47,268 nucleotides of DNA from Myxococcota bacterium (GTDB taxonomy: Bacteria; Myxococcota_A; Polyangia; Polyangiales; Houyiibacteriaceae). The notes under the pieces were generated by a model, which saw only the letters and a program-made list of their open reading frames with translations, made no database searches and was not told the DNA's origin. The DNA lies in assembly GCA_039030515.1 (NCBI GenBank), contig JBCCEA010000030.1, forward strand, positions 1 to 47,268. Direction: 5' to 3'. How positions within the stretch are numbered: the first letter of the stretch is position 1; each line of letters starts with the position of its first letter. Of this stretch, positions 28,443-37,320 are shown piece by piece. The translations under genes were made by a program, and so were the position numbers.

Positions 28443-30029
28443 ATGCCTGAAGAAAAGAATACAGATGAAGCTAGGCTCCTTATACCTGCATCGGCGGCAA
28501 CCGATTCTTCGTCTGAAGACCGATCGCCATCAAAGCAAGATTCAGAGCCAAATCCAGTGAGCTTCCGATCGACTCTGCGAAGTGGGTTTGCGTTCGAGAT
28601 TAGGATTCTCCTCTATCTTCTGATGTTCGGAATCCTGATTCGAGTGGTTTATGCGCTTGAGTACAGCGAGCTTCCCTTTTTTGACGCTCCGCTCTTCGAC
28701 TCGGTGGTTTATCTGCGCCAGGCCGAAGCCGTCCGATCGCGTGACTTTGGGCACGCTACGCTGCTTGCATTCAGTCCGCTCTACGGGTTTTTTCTCGCGT
28801 TTTTTGGCTCCTGGGTCTACGCGGCGCAAGCGTTCATGGGCCTCATGTCCGCTCTGATACTGGGTCATGTTGCATCGAAGTCCTTTGGCGCATCTTCCGG
28901 CTTGGCCACGGTTGCTCTGGTGTACGGCTACGGGCTGCTCATGTTCTACGAGACCAAACTGATGAGTGAGACGCTTGGGTTTTTTCTGCTCTCCATCGCT
29001 TTTGCGATGTACGTGGGTTTGAGCGATAAAACCAAAGAGGCAAAATCGGGAGTCGGAGCGGGAATTCTCTTTGCGCTTGCGACGCTTACTCGATCCAATC
29101 TGCTAACTTCGCTGCCTTTTCTGGTCGTATGTTCGCTTTTTGCCTGGTCATATCAAGAATCGGCTCGGGTGCGGGTTCGACGCACGTGTTCCCTCGCGCT
29201 TGGACTCGGCCTGGTTTTGATGGCGTGGGGCACTTGGAACTGGAGTCACACTGGATTCTTTGTGCCGGTGACGTTGGTGCCGCGCACCCTCGAACGGACT
29301 GCTGCGGAGCCGTGGGATGGAGATTTACGAAGCGCCGGAATTGCCGGAAATAGGGTCAGCGCGTGGGATATCGTCAAGCAGGCCGACGATGTTCTTGCGC
29401 ATCGCATCCAAAATGAATCTATCGAAATCGATCTGGCCGGGCTGCTTCAGGGGATCCCTCAAAAGCTGTGGCGCACGTTCCGGAACACTGAAACCACCTT
29501 TCAATATGGTTACTATGGAGAGCGCACCGAAGTTCGAGCGTTGACGCTGACGAGTATATCTTTCGGTTTTCTGCTCCTGCTGGCCCTCGTAGGGGCATAC
29601 GTTGAGTCGCGTCAGGAACGTCGCGTACTGCTGAGATATCTTCCTTTGCTGTTGGGCGCGGTCGCTACTTGTTTGGTAGCGCATCCGAGTAGTCGATACC
29701 GTTTGCCGATGTTGGTGCCCATTTTCGTGCTTGCGGGTCGAGGCGTTATCGCAATTGCCTCGCTGCGCTCGAACAAGCGCTCTGGCTGGGGGCTTCGATT
29801 GGGGCCTGTCTTGTTGTTTGCACTCACCGTCACGGCATACCTCGCGACCGGTGCCTACGAGTTGCGTCATCCGGGAATGTGGGAGCTCCGCGTGGCTGAA
29901 GGCGAGCTAGGCCGGGGAGACATCAAGGCGGCAGCGTCTCGAATCAAGCGTGCAAGGGAGCTCGAACCTGAGAGCACGCTTATCCAAAGCCGCATCGAAT
30001 ACCTGAATCAGATCAGACAGCCTGAGTAG
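28443..30029 (+). CDS. GT-C fold (PMT/ArnT-like, GT39-type) membrane glycosyltransferase with C-terminal TPR-like helix
   Basis: Multiple hydrophobic segments with PLFDSVVY, SPLYGFFLA, LMSETL, LTRSN and SRYRLP motifs. Confidence 0.7.
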   Translation: MPEEKNTDEARLLIPASAATDSSSEDRSPSKQDSEPNPVSFRSTLRSGFAFEIRILLYLLMFGILIRVVYALEYSELPFFDAPLFDSVVYLRQAEAVRSRDFGHATLLAFSPLYGFFLAFFGSWVYAAQAFMGLMSALILGHVASKSFGASSGLATVALVYGYGLLMFYETKLMSETLGFFLLSIAFAMYVGLSDKTKEAKSGVGAGILFALATLTRSNLLTSLPFLVVCSLFAWSYQESARVRVRRTCSLALGLGLVLMAWGTWNWSHTGFFVPVTLVPRTLERTAAEPWDGDLRSAGIAGNRVSAWDIVKQADDVLAHRIQNESIEIDLAGLLQGIPQKLWRTFRNTETTFQYGYYGERTEVRALTLTSISFGFLLLLALVGAYVESRQERRVLLRYLPLLLGAVATCLVAHPSSRYRLPMLVPIFVLAGRGVIAIASLRSNKRSGWGLRLGPVLLFALTVTAYLATGAYELRHPGMWELRVAEGELGRGDIKAAASRIKRARELEPESTLIQSRIEYLNQIRQPE

Positions 30030-30082
30030 GCTGAGGTAACGTCCTTTGCGGCGAGGGTCCCAGGGGTTTAGGTCAGCCCGCT

Positions 30083-31375
30083 CTATCGCTTGAGGTTTAC
30101 GAGCTCTGTGTACATTTCGTCAGCAGTGGTGATCACTCGAGAATTCGCCTGAAAGCCACGCTGGAAACTGATGAGGTTGACGAATTCTTGACCGATATCG
30201 ACATTGGACTGCTCGAGAGCGCCACTGACGACGCTTCCTCTTCCTCCAGATTCAGCTGCTCCGAGTAGCGCCTCTCCTGAAGCCTGAGTTTCTACAAACA
30301 AACCCTGTCCGTTGCGGTTGAGACCATCGTTGCTGGTGAATCGGGCCACAGCGACCTGGCCCAAGTTGCGGCGCTGTCCATTGGTGAACACTCCAGTTAT
30401 CGTGCCGTCGCCTTCCACATTAATGCCCGCGACGCTGCCAGCGCCAAAACCGTTTTGCGAGAGTCCGGTGACACTTGAAGGGGTCGCAAATTGCGTGGTT
30501 GCTGCAATGCCGGTCCCGAGATCCGTGGTGATCGCATCTCCGAAATCGAAGGCGATCGTTTGACCTGCCGTGGCGCCCAGAAAGTTCCAACTACTCACTC
30601 CGGGCGTTTCGGTATCTAGCCGACCGTCGGTGGTGAAGGTTAGGGTTCCATTGGCTCCTTCAAACGGAGTGCCTGCGGTACCGCCGGTCACGCTGCCGCC
30701 GTCCACCAGCGCATGCCATTCCCATGAATTTGCTCCGCTATTGCGAAAATAAACCGTCAGATCATGGGCATCGCCTAGGGAATCATAGGCGGTCATGCTC
30801 GTCGAGAAGTTGCTCGTGGTTTCTGCATTCGATGGATCCCATGCTGCGGGAACCGTGGCCTCTGAGTCGAGCTGAATGGCTAGATCGGCGGTGGTGGTCG
30901 TTTGCGCAGGAATCGTTTGACCGGCGACGAGTAAATTGCCGACGGTGGATCCCAATGTTCCATCATCGTTGATGCCGTACCCCTGTACTTTAAGGCCGTC
31001 TACGCTCGAGAGTTCACCATCGACATCGATCTGAAACTGACCCGCTCGAGTGTAGTAGTTCCCCGTCTGGCCGCCGACGGTTCCGTTAACCACGAAGAAG
31101 CCATCGCCGGAGAGCGCGAGATCCGTTGGAGATTCCGTAGTGAGCAGTGCTCCCTGGCTCCACATCTGCTCGATATGAGAGAGACGGCTTCCTGCGCCTG
31201 GCGTTGGCGCAGTGCCTTCAGCGACCGAGCCGCCGAGTATGTCTTGAAATACGGCACGTGATCCCTTGAATCCGTTGGTGTTGACGTTGGCGATGTTGTC
31301 GCCTGCTACGCCAATCGCTCTTCCATGGGCATTAAGTCCGGCAGCTCCGGTATTCAGCGAACGTAGGATGCTCAT
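30083..31375 (-). CDS. flgE: Flagellar hook protein
   Basis: GDNIANVNTNGFK, TDLALSGDGFF, YTRAGQF, YDSLG, LEQSNVD, QRGFQANSRVIT. Confidence 0.97.
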   Translation of the reverse strand: MSILRSLNTGAAGLNAHGRAIGVAGDNIANVNTNGFKGSRAVFQDILGGSVAEGTAPTPGAGSRLSHIEQMWSQGALLTTESPTDLALSGDGFFVVNGTVGGQTGNYYTRAGQFQIDVDGELSSVDGLKVQGYGINDDGTLGSTVGNLLVAGQTIPAQTTTTADLAIQLDSEATVPAAWDPSNAETTSNFSTSMTAYDSLGDAHDLTVYFRNSGANSWEWHALVDGGSVTGGTAGTPFEGANGTLTFTTDGRLDTETPGVSSWNFLGATAGQTIAFDFGDAITTDLGTGIAATTQFATPSSVTGLSQNGFGAGSVAGINVEGDGTITGVFTNGQRRNLGQVAVARFTSNDGLNRNGQGLFVETQASGEALLGAAESGGRGSVVSGALEQSNVDIGQEFVNLISFQRGFQANSRVITTADEMYTELVNLKR

Positions 31376-31394
31376 TCTCTATCACTCCCTCTTC

Positions 31395-32060
31395 TTATGG
31401 TGAGACATATTTAACGTCGCCGAGCAGAACGCGTGACTGACCAACGATCAGCTCGGGATAACCGTGTTCGTACGAGACGCTTTCGACGACTCCAGTGAGT
31501 TCGTTAGATACTTCCACCGAATATCCATCGGCATCTTTGGCGGTTACATTGGCAGTGTATCTACCGGGAGGCATACGCTGTCCGATGTCGTCTACTCCGT
31601 CCCACCGAACCTCATGCCTGCCAGGGAAGGTGTCGCCAAGCTGCATGGTGCGTACGAGACGGCCGGCGCTATCTCGGATCTCGACATTCACCTCGTTTGC
31701 TCGGCCGATGAGTTCGAAAGACGTACTTCCGTCTCCTGTTGTATCGAGTACGATGGCAGACGAGTCGGCCACAACAGTGTGGCCTGCCAGCGACGAAACC
31801 TGCGTATTGGCGATGCTCGCTAGGCCTACTTCCAGAGTTTCCAAGCGATAACTCATCGACTGGAGCTCCTCCACACTGGTAAGTTCGGACAGTTGCGTGA
31901 TCATCTCTCTCGAGTCCATCGGATCGAGCGGGTCTTGATTTTGAAGCTGGGCGACGAGGAGCTGCATGAATGCATCGCGACCCAGGTCTTGTGGATCCTC
32001 TTCCTGGGGAACCTCGGTGGCTTGGGGGTTTGCAAGTGCGTTTAGGTTACTGATCTCCAT
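31395..32060 (-). CDS. flgD: Flagellar hook capping protein
   Basis: FMQLLVAQLQNQDPLDPMD and WDG..D.G motifs. Confidence 0.96.
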   Translation of the reverse strand: MEISNLNALANPQATEVPQEEDPQDLGRDAFMQLLVAQLQNQDPLDPMDSREMITQLSELTSVEELQSMSYRLETLEVGLASIANTQVSSLAGHTVVADSSAIVLDTTGDGSTSFELIGRANEVNVEIRDSAGRLVRTMQLGDTFPGRHEVRWDGVDDIGQRMPPGRYTANVTAKDADGYSVEVSNELTGVVESVSYEHGYPELIVGQSRVLLGDVKYVSP

Positions 32061-32087
32061 AATTTACCTCAGAGTGTAAATATTAAT

Positions 32088-33560
32088 TCAAGCTTCTAGG
32101 TCGATGAATCGACTCCACCGATGAGGTTTGGATTCAAGGTGCTCGGTTTCGACTTCGATTTCGAGAGAAGATAAATGCAGTCCACGTCGTGAAATCTCAC
32201 TTCGGAGCTCTTCCTCTGAGCGACGCAAGGAGGACGCCGCTCTTCGGTTTTTGGTTGAAGCGCGCAAGATGATTCCACTCGCTTCTAGGCTGACCTCTAA
32301 TCGAATGACGCCAAGGGTAGGGTGTTGTACCTCGATGAGCGAGTTCGATGCTTTCGCGCCGTCGACTGATGCGCCTCGAAGAATCTGTGCCTTGGCCTGC
32401 AGCTCACCGGAGAAGGACTGTTTGGGTACGTTCGGATGTCCGCTGTCGACCCCTGGTTCCGGCGGGGAGGCGTCAAAGAGTGCTTGTGAAAGCGAGTCAA
32501 CCCACTGTCGAAGTGTCGATGCCTCTAGAGATATCTCCGTAGATCCAGTTTGCCCTAAGGCTTGGTTGGTTTCTAGGGAGTGCGCGGTCTTCGGTGATCG
32601 AGCATCGCCAAACTCTTTATCCAACTCAGCTGAGATCGACGAAGCATCCTCCAATGTGGTGTCTTGTTGGGTTTCGAGTGGGTAGTTTTCGGCATCCCGT
32701 CGCTCTCCCTCAGACCCCTTGCCGTCCGAGTCACCGTGGCTGGCTACGTTCTCATCAGTTGAGTCGCCCGATGCATCGCCTCCGCTGATGTGACCGGCCG
32801 AGTCGTCTCCAGTCGCTTTGCTGTCGACAGAGCCGGTGGTCGCTTGGCGATCGATCCCGTCTCCATCCCGCGTGCTGATGTCGTCGATGAGGCGCGTGGC
32901 CGAATGAGCGCCGGTGGCGTCCCCGCTCTTTGATCTGTTTGACCCGTAGCCGTGGTCTGCTCGGCTTTCGATCTGTTTTGGATCTGGCGACTCTTTGGAT
33001 GTGCGTGGATAAGACGGATAGGCCTCTGATCTCAGTTCAGTGAGAGGTGACGACGAATCCGTATCAGACGCTTGGCTTTCCGTTTGCGCATTGAAGACGA
33101 GTGCTGCCTGACCAGTATCGATAAGGGCAGTATCGATAAAGGAAGTATCGATAAAGGCATGGGCTTCAGTTAGCACTTCCTCCGCATTCATCTCTTGGTA
33201 TGCCGATTCGAACTGCGTATCGGCAGTGGGCGCAAGCGCCGCATCGGTAAGCGATGTTGAGAGCATCTCCTCCGGATCTGCGTGCAGGTGTGACTGATCT
33301 GCAGGTAGGTTTGGCGTTGGAGAGTTGGTTTGTAATGAATCATCGTGATCGAATAGTTGAACCTGCAGGGCGCTGGCAAAGTCGATCTCGCTTGATGTGT
33401 CGGAACTGGAAGGTGACTCAGACGGGTCGCGCAATGCATCCCGATTCGAGATGAATGCTTGCTGCGCCGATCCGGCCGTTCCTTCACGGTGAAGTTCTTT
33501 GGCACCTTCCGAGTTTGTGATCTTCAGTGTGCGGCTCGACGTGAGGGAGAACGCGCTCAT
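32088..33560 (-). CDS. fliK: Flagellar hook-length control protein
   Basis: Position between fliJ and flgD, long acidic/Ser-rich disordered region, C-terminal HPTLGVIRLEV...LSSLEI domain. Confidence 0.8.
   Translation of the reverse strand: MSAFSLTSSRTLKITNSEGAKELHREGTAGSAQQAFISNRDALRDPSESPSSSDTSSEIDFASALQVQLFDHDDSLQTNSPTPNLPADQSHLHADPEEMLSTSLTDAALAPTADTQFESAYQEMNAEEVLTEAHAFIDTSFIDTALIDTGQAALVFNAQTESQASDTDSSSPLTELRSEAYPSYPRTSKESPDPKQIESRADHGYGSNRSKSGDATGAHSATRLIDDISTRDGDGIDRQATTGSVDSKATGDDSAGHISGGDASGDSTDENVASHGDSDGKGSEGERRDAENYPLETQQDTTLEDASSISAELDKEFGDARSPKTAHSLETNQALGQTGSTEISLEASTLRQWVDSLSQALFDASPPEPGVDSGHPNVPKQSFSGELQAKAQILRGASVDGAKASNSLIEVQHPTLGVIRLEVSLEASGIILRASTKNRRAASSLRRSEEELRSEISRRGLHLSSLEIEVETEHLESKPHRWSRFIDLEA
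33113..33157. repeat. 3 x 15-bp in-frame tandem repeat within fliK
   Basis: cagtatcgataaggg / cagtatcgataaagg / aagtatcgataaagg, encoding FIDTS-FIDTA-LIDTG. Confidence 0.85.
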
Positions 33561-34018
33561 GAATCGCCTCGTTGCAATCCGCTCGACCGCATCAACGATG
33601 TGGACCGCGTTGCGGCTTCGTCACTTTGCGCCTGCTCGATCTTCCTGAGTGTCTGGCGCTCCGTCTCGCGCAGTCTCTCGCGAAAACATTCGAGCACCTT
33701 GACGTCGCGCATCGCACGCGCCATCGATTTGCTGCGCTCCTCTTCTTCCTGCTTTGCGATGTTCCTTCGGTCTTCTGCGTGTCTGCGGCCTGTCGAGGTT
33801 CGGCGCACGACCTCGGAGAGGCTCTGCAGTTCCTTCGCCGGTTTTGCAGCGGACTCGGCAAGCTGATCGAGGATTTCTTGTTCCGACTTGATCAGTCGGC
33901 TTACTTCGCGTTCGGCATCGAGGGTGCGACGCTGCGCTTTGATTAGCTCGGCTCGACGGACTTCTTGGAGTCGCTCACGAACTCTAAGAATGCGCTCCAA
34001 TCTTTTTCGATCGTTCAT
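33557..34018 (-). CDS. fliJ: Flagellar export chaperone FliJ
   Basis: 153-aa charged coiled coil directly after fliI, with LERILRVRE...EQAQSDE pattern. Confidence 0.8.
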   Translation of the reverse strand: MNDRKRLERILRVRERLQEVRRAELIKAQRRTLDAEREVSRLIKSEQEILDQLAESAAKPAKELQSLSEVVRRTSTGRRHAEDRRNIAKQEEEERSKSMARAMRDVKVLECFRERLRETERQTLRKIEQAQSDEAATRSTSLMRSSGLQRGDS

Positions 34019-35334
34019 GATTCCTCCTTGAAAATCGAGTCAAGCCATTGCCGAACATCATCGCTGCCGGTGTACTCGTCGGTTCGCTGCCTAAGAAAAG
34101 CCTCTAGTTTGGGCATGCGCTCCAGTGCGGCGTCGAGTCGAGGTAGTGAGCCGCGTTGGTAGGCGCCGATGGCGACCAAGTCTTCCGCCTCGCGATAGGC
34201 GCTCAGCAAGGAGCGGACTTGCCGGGAGATCTCCACCTGTGCTGAGTCCGTCACATCACGCATGACTCGAGAGATGCTGCTGGGAACATCAATAGCTGGA
34301 AAATGTCCCTTTTCTGCTAAGTCTCTCGACAGAACGACATGACCGTCCAGGATTGCTCTCGTCGTGTCGGCGATGGGATCTGAGAGATCGTCGCCTTCGA
34401 CGAGTACGGTGTACACTCCCGTGATAGAGCCTTGCTTTTCCCCAGTTCCCGCCCGTTCTAGAAGTCGCGGGAGAGCTGCAAATACAGTTGGCGTGTAGCC
34501 TTTGGTTGTCGGTGGCTCTCCAACAGCAAGGCCAACTTCGCGTAGGGCCATCGCAAACCGAGTGAGACTGTCCATCACGAGCAGCACCCGTTTGCCCGAG
34601 TCTCTAAAGTGCTCGGCAATGGTGGTCGCAAGCAGTGCTCCCCTGGCTCTGACGAGCGGCGGGTCCGAGCTGGTTGCCGCGACGACTACGGAGTGACGCA
34701 TGCCTTCCGGGCCAAGGGTTCGATGAACGAATTCCTCGACCTCTCGACCACGTTCGCCGATGAGCGCTACCACGCAGACGTCGGCTCGGGCCTGTCTCAC
34801 CATCATCGCCAGCAACGAGCTCTTACCGACGCCGCCCCCCGCGAAGATCCCTATCCGCTGTCCCTCTCCCATGGTGAGTAAGCCGTCGATCGCGCGGACG
34901 CCCACGGTGAGTGGTGACTGCACTGGCTGACGACGCAGGGGATTTCTGCTCGCACCATAGAGGGGCCGGCTTGAGCTCAGGGCTAGATCTCCGCAGTCGT
35001 CGATGGGCCGACCCAGTCCGTCGAGGACGCGACCAAGCATCGCATCGCCCACACGTGCAGAGGCTCCCTTGCCGCTGCGCCGAAGTGAAAGCCCCACTTC
35101 AAGTCCCTCCGTTGGGCCAAGGGGCATCAGCAGAGTTCTGCCGCCGCGAAGGCCGACGACTTCCGCTTCAACTAGACGGCCTCCTTCTGCCCGGATTTCA
35201 AAGAGATCACCGATGGAGGCATGGCAGCCTCGGGCCTCCAGTACGAGCCCAAGCACTTCGCACAGTTTGCCGTCGACACGTGGTCGGGCGGAGCGCTCGA
35301 TCGCGTTCCGGTAGCGCAAGGTGTCGAAGCTCAT
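34015..35334 (-). CDS. fliI: Flagellar type III export ATPase
   Basis: GIFAGGGVGKS, ALIGERGREV, MDSLTRFAMA, GEPPTTKGY, LDGHVVL. Confidence 0.96.
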   Translation of the reverse strand: MSFDTLRYRNAIERSARPRVDGKLCEVLGLVLEARGCHASIGDLFEIRAEGGRLVEAEVVGLRGGRTLLMPLGPTEGLEVGLSLRRSGKGASARVGDAMLGRVLDGLGRPIDDCGDLALSSSRPLYGASRNPLRRQPVQSPLTVGVRAIDGLLTMGEGQRIGIFAGGGVGKSSLLAMMVRQARADVCVVALIGERGREVEEFVHRTLGPEGMRHSVVVAATSSDPPLVRARGALLATTIAEHFRDSGKRVLLVMDSLTRFAMALREVGLAVGEPPTTKGYTPTVFAALPRLLERAGTGEKQGSITGVYTVLVEGDDLSDPIADTTRAILDGHVVLSRDLAEKGHFPAIDVPSSISRVMRDVTDSAQVEISRQVRSLLSAYREAEDLVAIGAYQRGSLPRLDAALERMPKLEAFLRQRTDEYTGSDDVRQWLDSIFKEES

Positions 35335-36215
35335 GAGGACTCCCAGGTCGAGTCCTCAGCAGAATTGGGCCCGCTAGTCTCGGCTTCCGTGGTCTCGGCT
35401 TCCTTGGCCTCGGCTTCCGTGGTCTCGGCTTCCGTGGCCTCGGCTTCTTCGATTTGCGTGTTCGTCGAGCCTGCTTCGATGCGCTCTGATTCAAGAGCCG
35501 CCGCTACTGCGCGGATACGCGCTCGGATGCTGACGTCCACGCTGCTGTCCATGGTTTCCGCAATACAACTGAGTCCCGGCAGCTGGTCGTCTTGAACTAG
35601 GATTATTTCTTCGTCTTTATAGCAAAAAGGCTCGCCGTCGAGTATTTCTGAAATCACGCTGTGTGCGTCGACTGAAACTCGGAGTGACGCTGCACCTTGC
35701 TCTGCAGCAAGGGTTTCAAGTGCGGTATGGACTAGCCGCAGATGCAGCTCCTTCGATGTGGACAGTTCGGTCTCCAAGATCGCTTCCGCAATCCATGTAG
35801 CGAGCTCAAGTAAGTCTTTCTCTGCTGCTTGAAGCGCACGTGTTCTAGCCGATGCGAGTCGCGCCGCTTCGTCGACGAATCTCTCGCGAGCCTTCTCAAG
35901 CTCGGCGAGCACTTCGGGATCTGGAGGAAGGTGAATGACTTGAGGCTCTGATGAGTTTGCTTCCTCGGCTTGGTGCTCGGGATGTTGCTCAGACAGTGCT
36001 TCTTCAGAACCCCCTGTTTCGCTTACATGTCTGGGGGTGCCCTCAGGATGCAGCGATCGGCTTTGTTTCAATTCGTTTTGAATTGCAGACTCTGCGGAAC
36101 TCGGGAAGACGACGTTGCGAACCTTCCCGCCGCTCTCGGCGAGCCACGTCGGGGGCTGCTCGCCGGATTCCGGGCTCAATTTCGGAAAGAGCATGGGACT
36201 TGTGGTGTTAGACAT
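35331..36215 (-). CDS. fliH: Flagellar assembly protein FliH
   Basis: Position between fliG and fliI, LELATWIAEAIL and DDQL.GLSCIAET...VD motifs, acidic repeat tail. Confidence 0.78.
   Translation of the reverse strand: MSNTTSPMLFPKLSPESGEQPPTWLAESGGKVRNVVFPSSAESAIQNELKQSRSLHPEGTPRHVSETGGSEEALSEQHPEHQAEEANSSEPQVIHLPPDPEVLAELEKARERFVDEAARLASARTRALQAAEKDLLELATWIAEAILETELSTSKELHLRLVHTALETLAAEQGAASLRVSVDAHSVISEILDGEPFCYKDEEIILVQDDQLPGLSCIAETMDSSVDVSIRARIRAVAAALESERIEAGSTNTQIEEAEATEAETTEAEAKEAETTEAETSGPNSAEDSTWESS
35377..35451. repeat. 5 x 15-bp in-frame tandem repeat in the fliH 3' end
   Basis: g(t/c)ctcggcttcc(g/t)tg units encoding EAEAT-EAETT-EAEAK-EAETT-EAETS. Confidence 0.9.
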
Positions 36216-37320
36216 AGTCGCCGCCTCCCTCCCTTGCGATGCTTATCCGGTTCTCTTTCTCCAAGTTGAGGGCCACGTCGACTATCGCTTGCTGCGCCTC
36301 CTCTACGTCTGAAAGTCGCACCGGGCCCAGCAGTTCGAGCTCTTCCCGAATCATCGAAGCTGCTCGCGCCGAGACATTGCCAAAGATCTTTTCACGGAGA
36401 TTCTCGCTTGCGCTCTTCAAAGCGAGTGTCAATTGATCGGTCGCGACCTCCTTCAGAAGTTGTTGCATGCCCTTGCCGTCAATACGCATGAGGTCCTCAA
36501 AGGTAAACAGCTGCTTTCTTAGGTCCTCCGCCATCTCATGATCGGTTGCGGCAACCTCTTCCAGCAGGGCTTCGCCGAGCTCGTTGTCCATACGCTTCAC
36601 AAGGTTTGCGGCGGCCTTGACGCCGTTCAGATCCCGGCGTGCAGTATCACCAAGTGCGGCGATCTCGGATGCAAATTGTTTTTCGATCTCGGTGATCACC
36701 GACTCGGGCACGCCTTGAAGACGACTCATGCGGACCAAGATCTCTGACTGCTTTTCAAGCGGGAACCGGGCCATGAGTTCTGAACCTCGAGTAGGCTCAA
36801 TCTGAGAGAGGATTACCGCGAGGGTCTGGGGGTGCTCGTATTCCAGTATTGCGAGTAGGGTGGGAACATCGAGAGTAGAGAGCGCAGCGACGGGTCCATC
36901 GTCAAGCTGAATATCGCTCCAGAGCTCTGCCACTTTACCCTCGCCCAGCGCCTTGCCGGCAAGGCGACGGAGGTAGGCGCTGCTGCCTCGAAGACTGGTT
37001 GGAACCCCCCCTTGAATCGCATCGACGAATAGCTGGTGCACTCCGAGTATGGCGACGGCGTCGACTTCTTGCAGCCCCTCTGATGCCTCACGTAGTCTTC
37101 TCACTTCATCCGGATTTAGGTGTGCAAGAATTCGCGTCGCCACTGCTTCCTCCAGACTGACGAGCAGAAGCAGTGAACGTTGAGCCGCACGGAGCTTCAG
37201 CGCTGCCTCACGTAGTTCGTCCTCCGGGCTCAGTTTGGGTCCCATGGCCGTTGGAGCACTAGGTGCAAGTGCTGCTGGTGCTGCTGGTGCTTCCGCCGCT
37301 GCCGCAACTTCCTCACTCAT
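36208..37320 (-). CDS. fliG: Flagellar motor switch protein
   Basis: EHPQTLAVILS, LFTFEDL, NVSARAA, LGPVRLSDVEEAQ. Confidence 0.96.
   Translation of the reverse strand: MSEEVAAAAEAPAAPAALAPSAPTAMGPKLSPEDELREAALKLRAAQRSLLLLVSLEEAVATRILAHLNPDEVRRLREASEGLQEVDAVAILGVHQLFVDAIQGGVPTSLRGSSAYLRRLAGKALGEGKVAELWSDIQLDDGPVAALSTLDVPTLLAILEYEHPQTLAVILSQIEPTRGSELMARFPLEKQSEILVRMSRLQGVPESVITEIEKQFASEIAALGDTARRDLNGVKAAANLVKRMDNELGEALLEEVAATDHEMAEDLRKQLFTFEDLMRIDGKGMQQLLKEVATDQLTLALKSASENLREKIFGNVSARAASMIREELELLGPVRLSDVEEAQQAIVDVALNLEKENRISIAREGGGDYV

Noticed and set aside
35207..35494. ORF with KPRPR repeats
   Set aside because: Alternative frame of the fliH 15-bp repeat, overlapping fliH and fliI.
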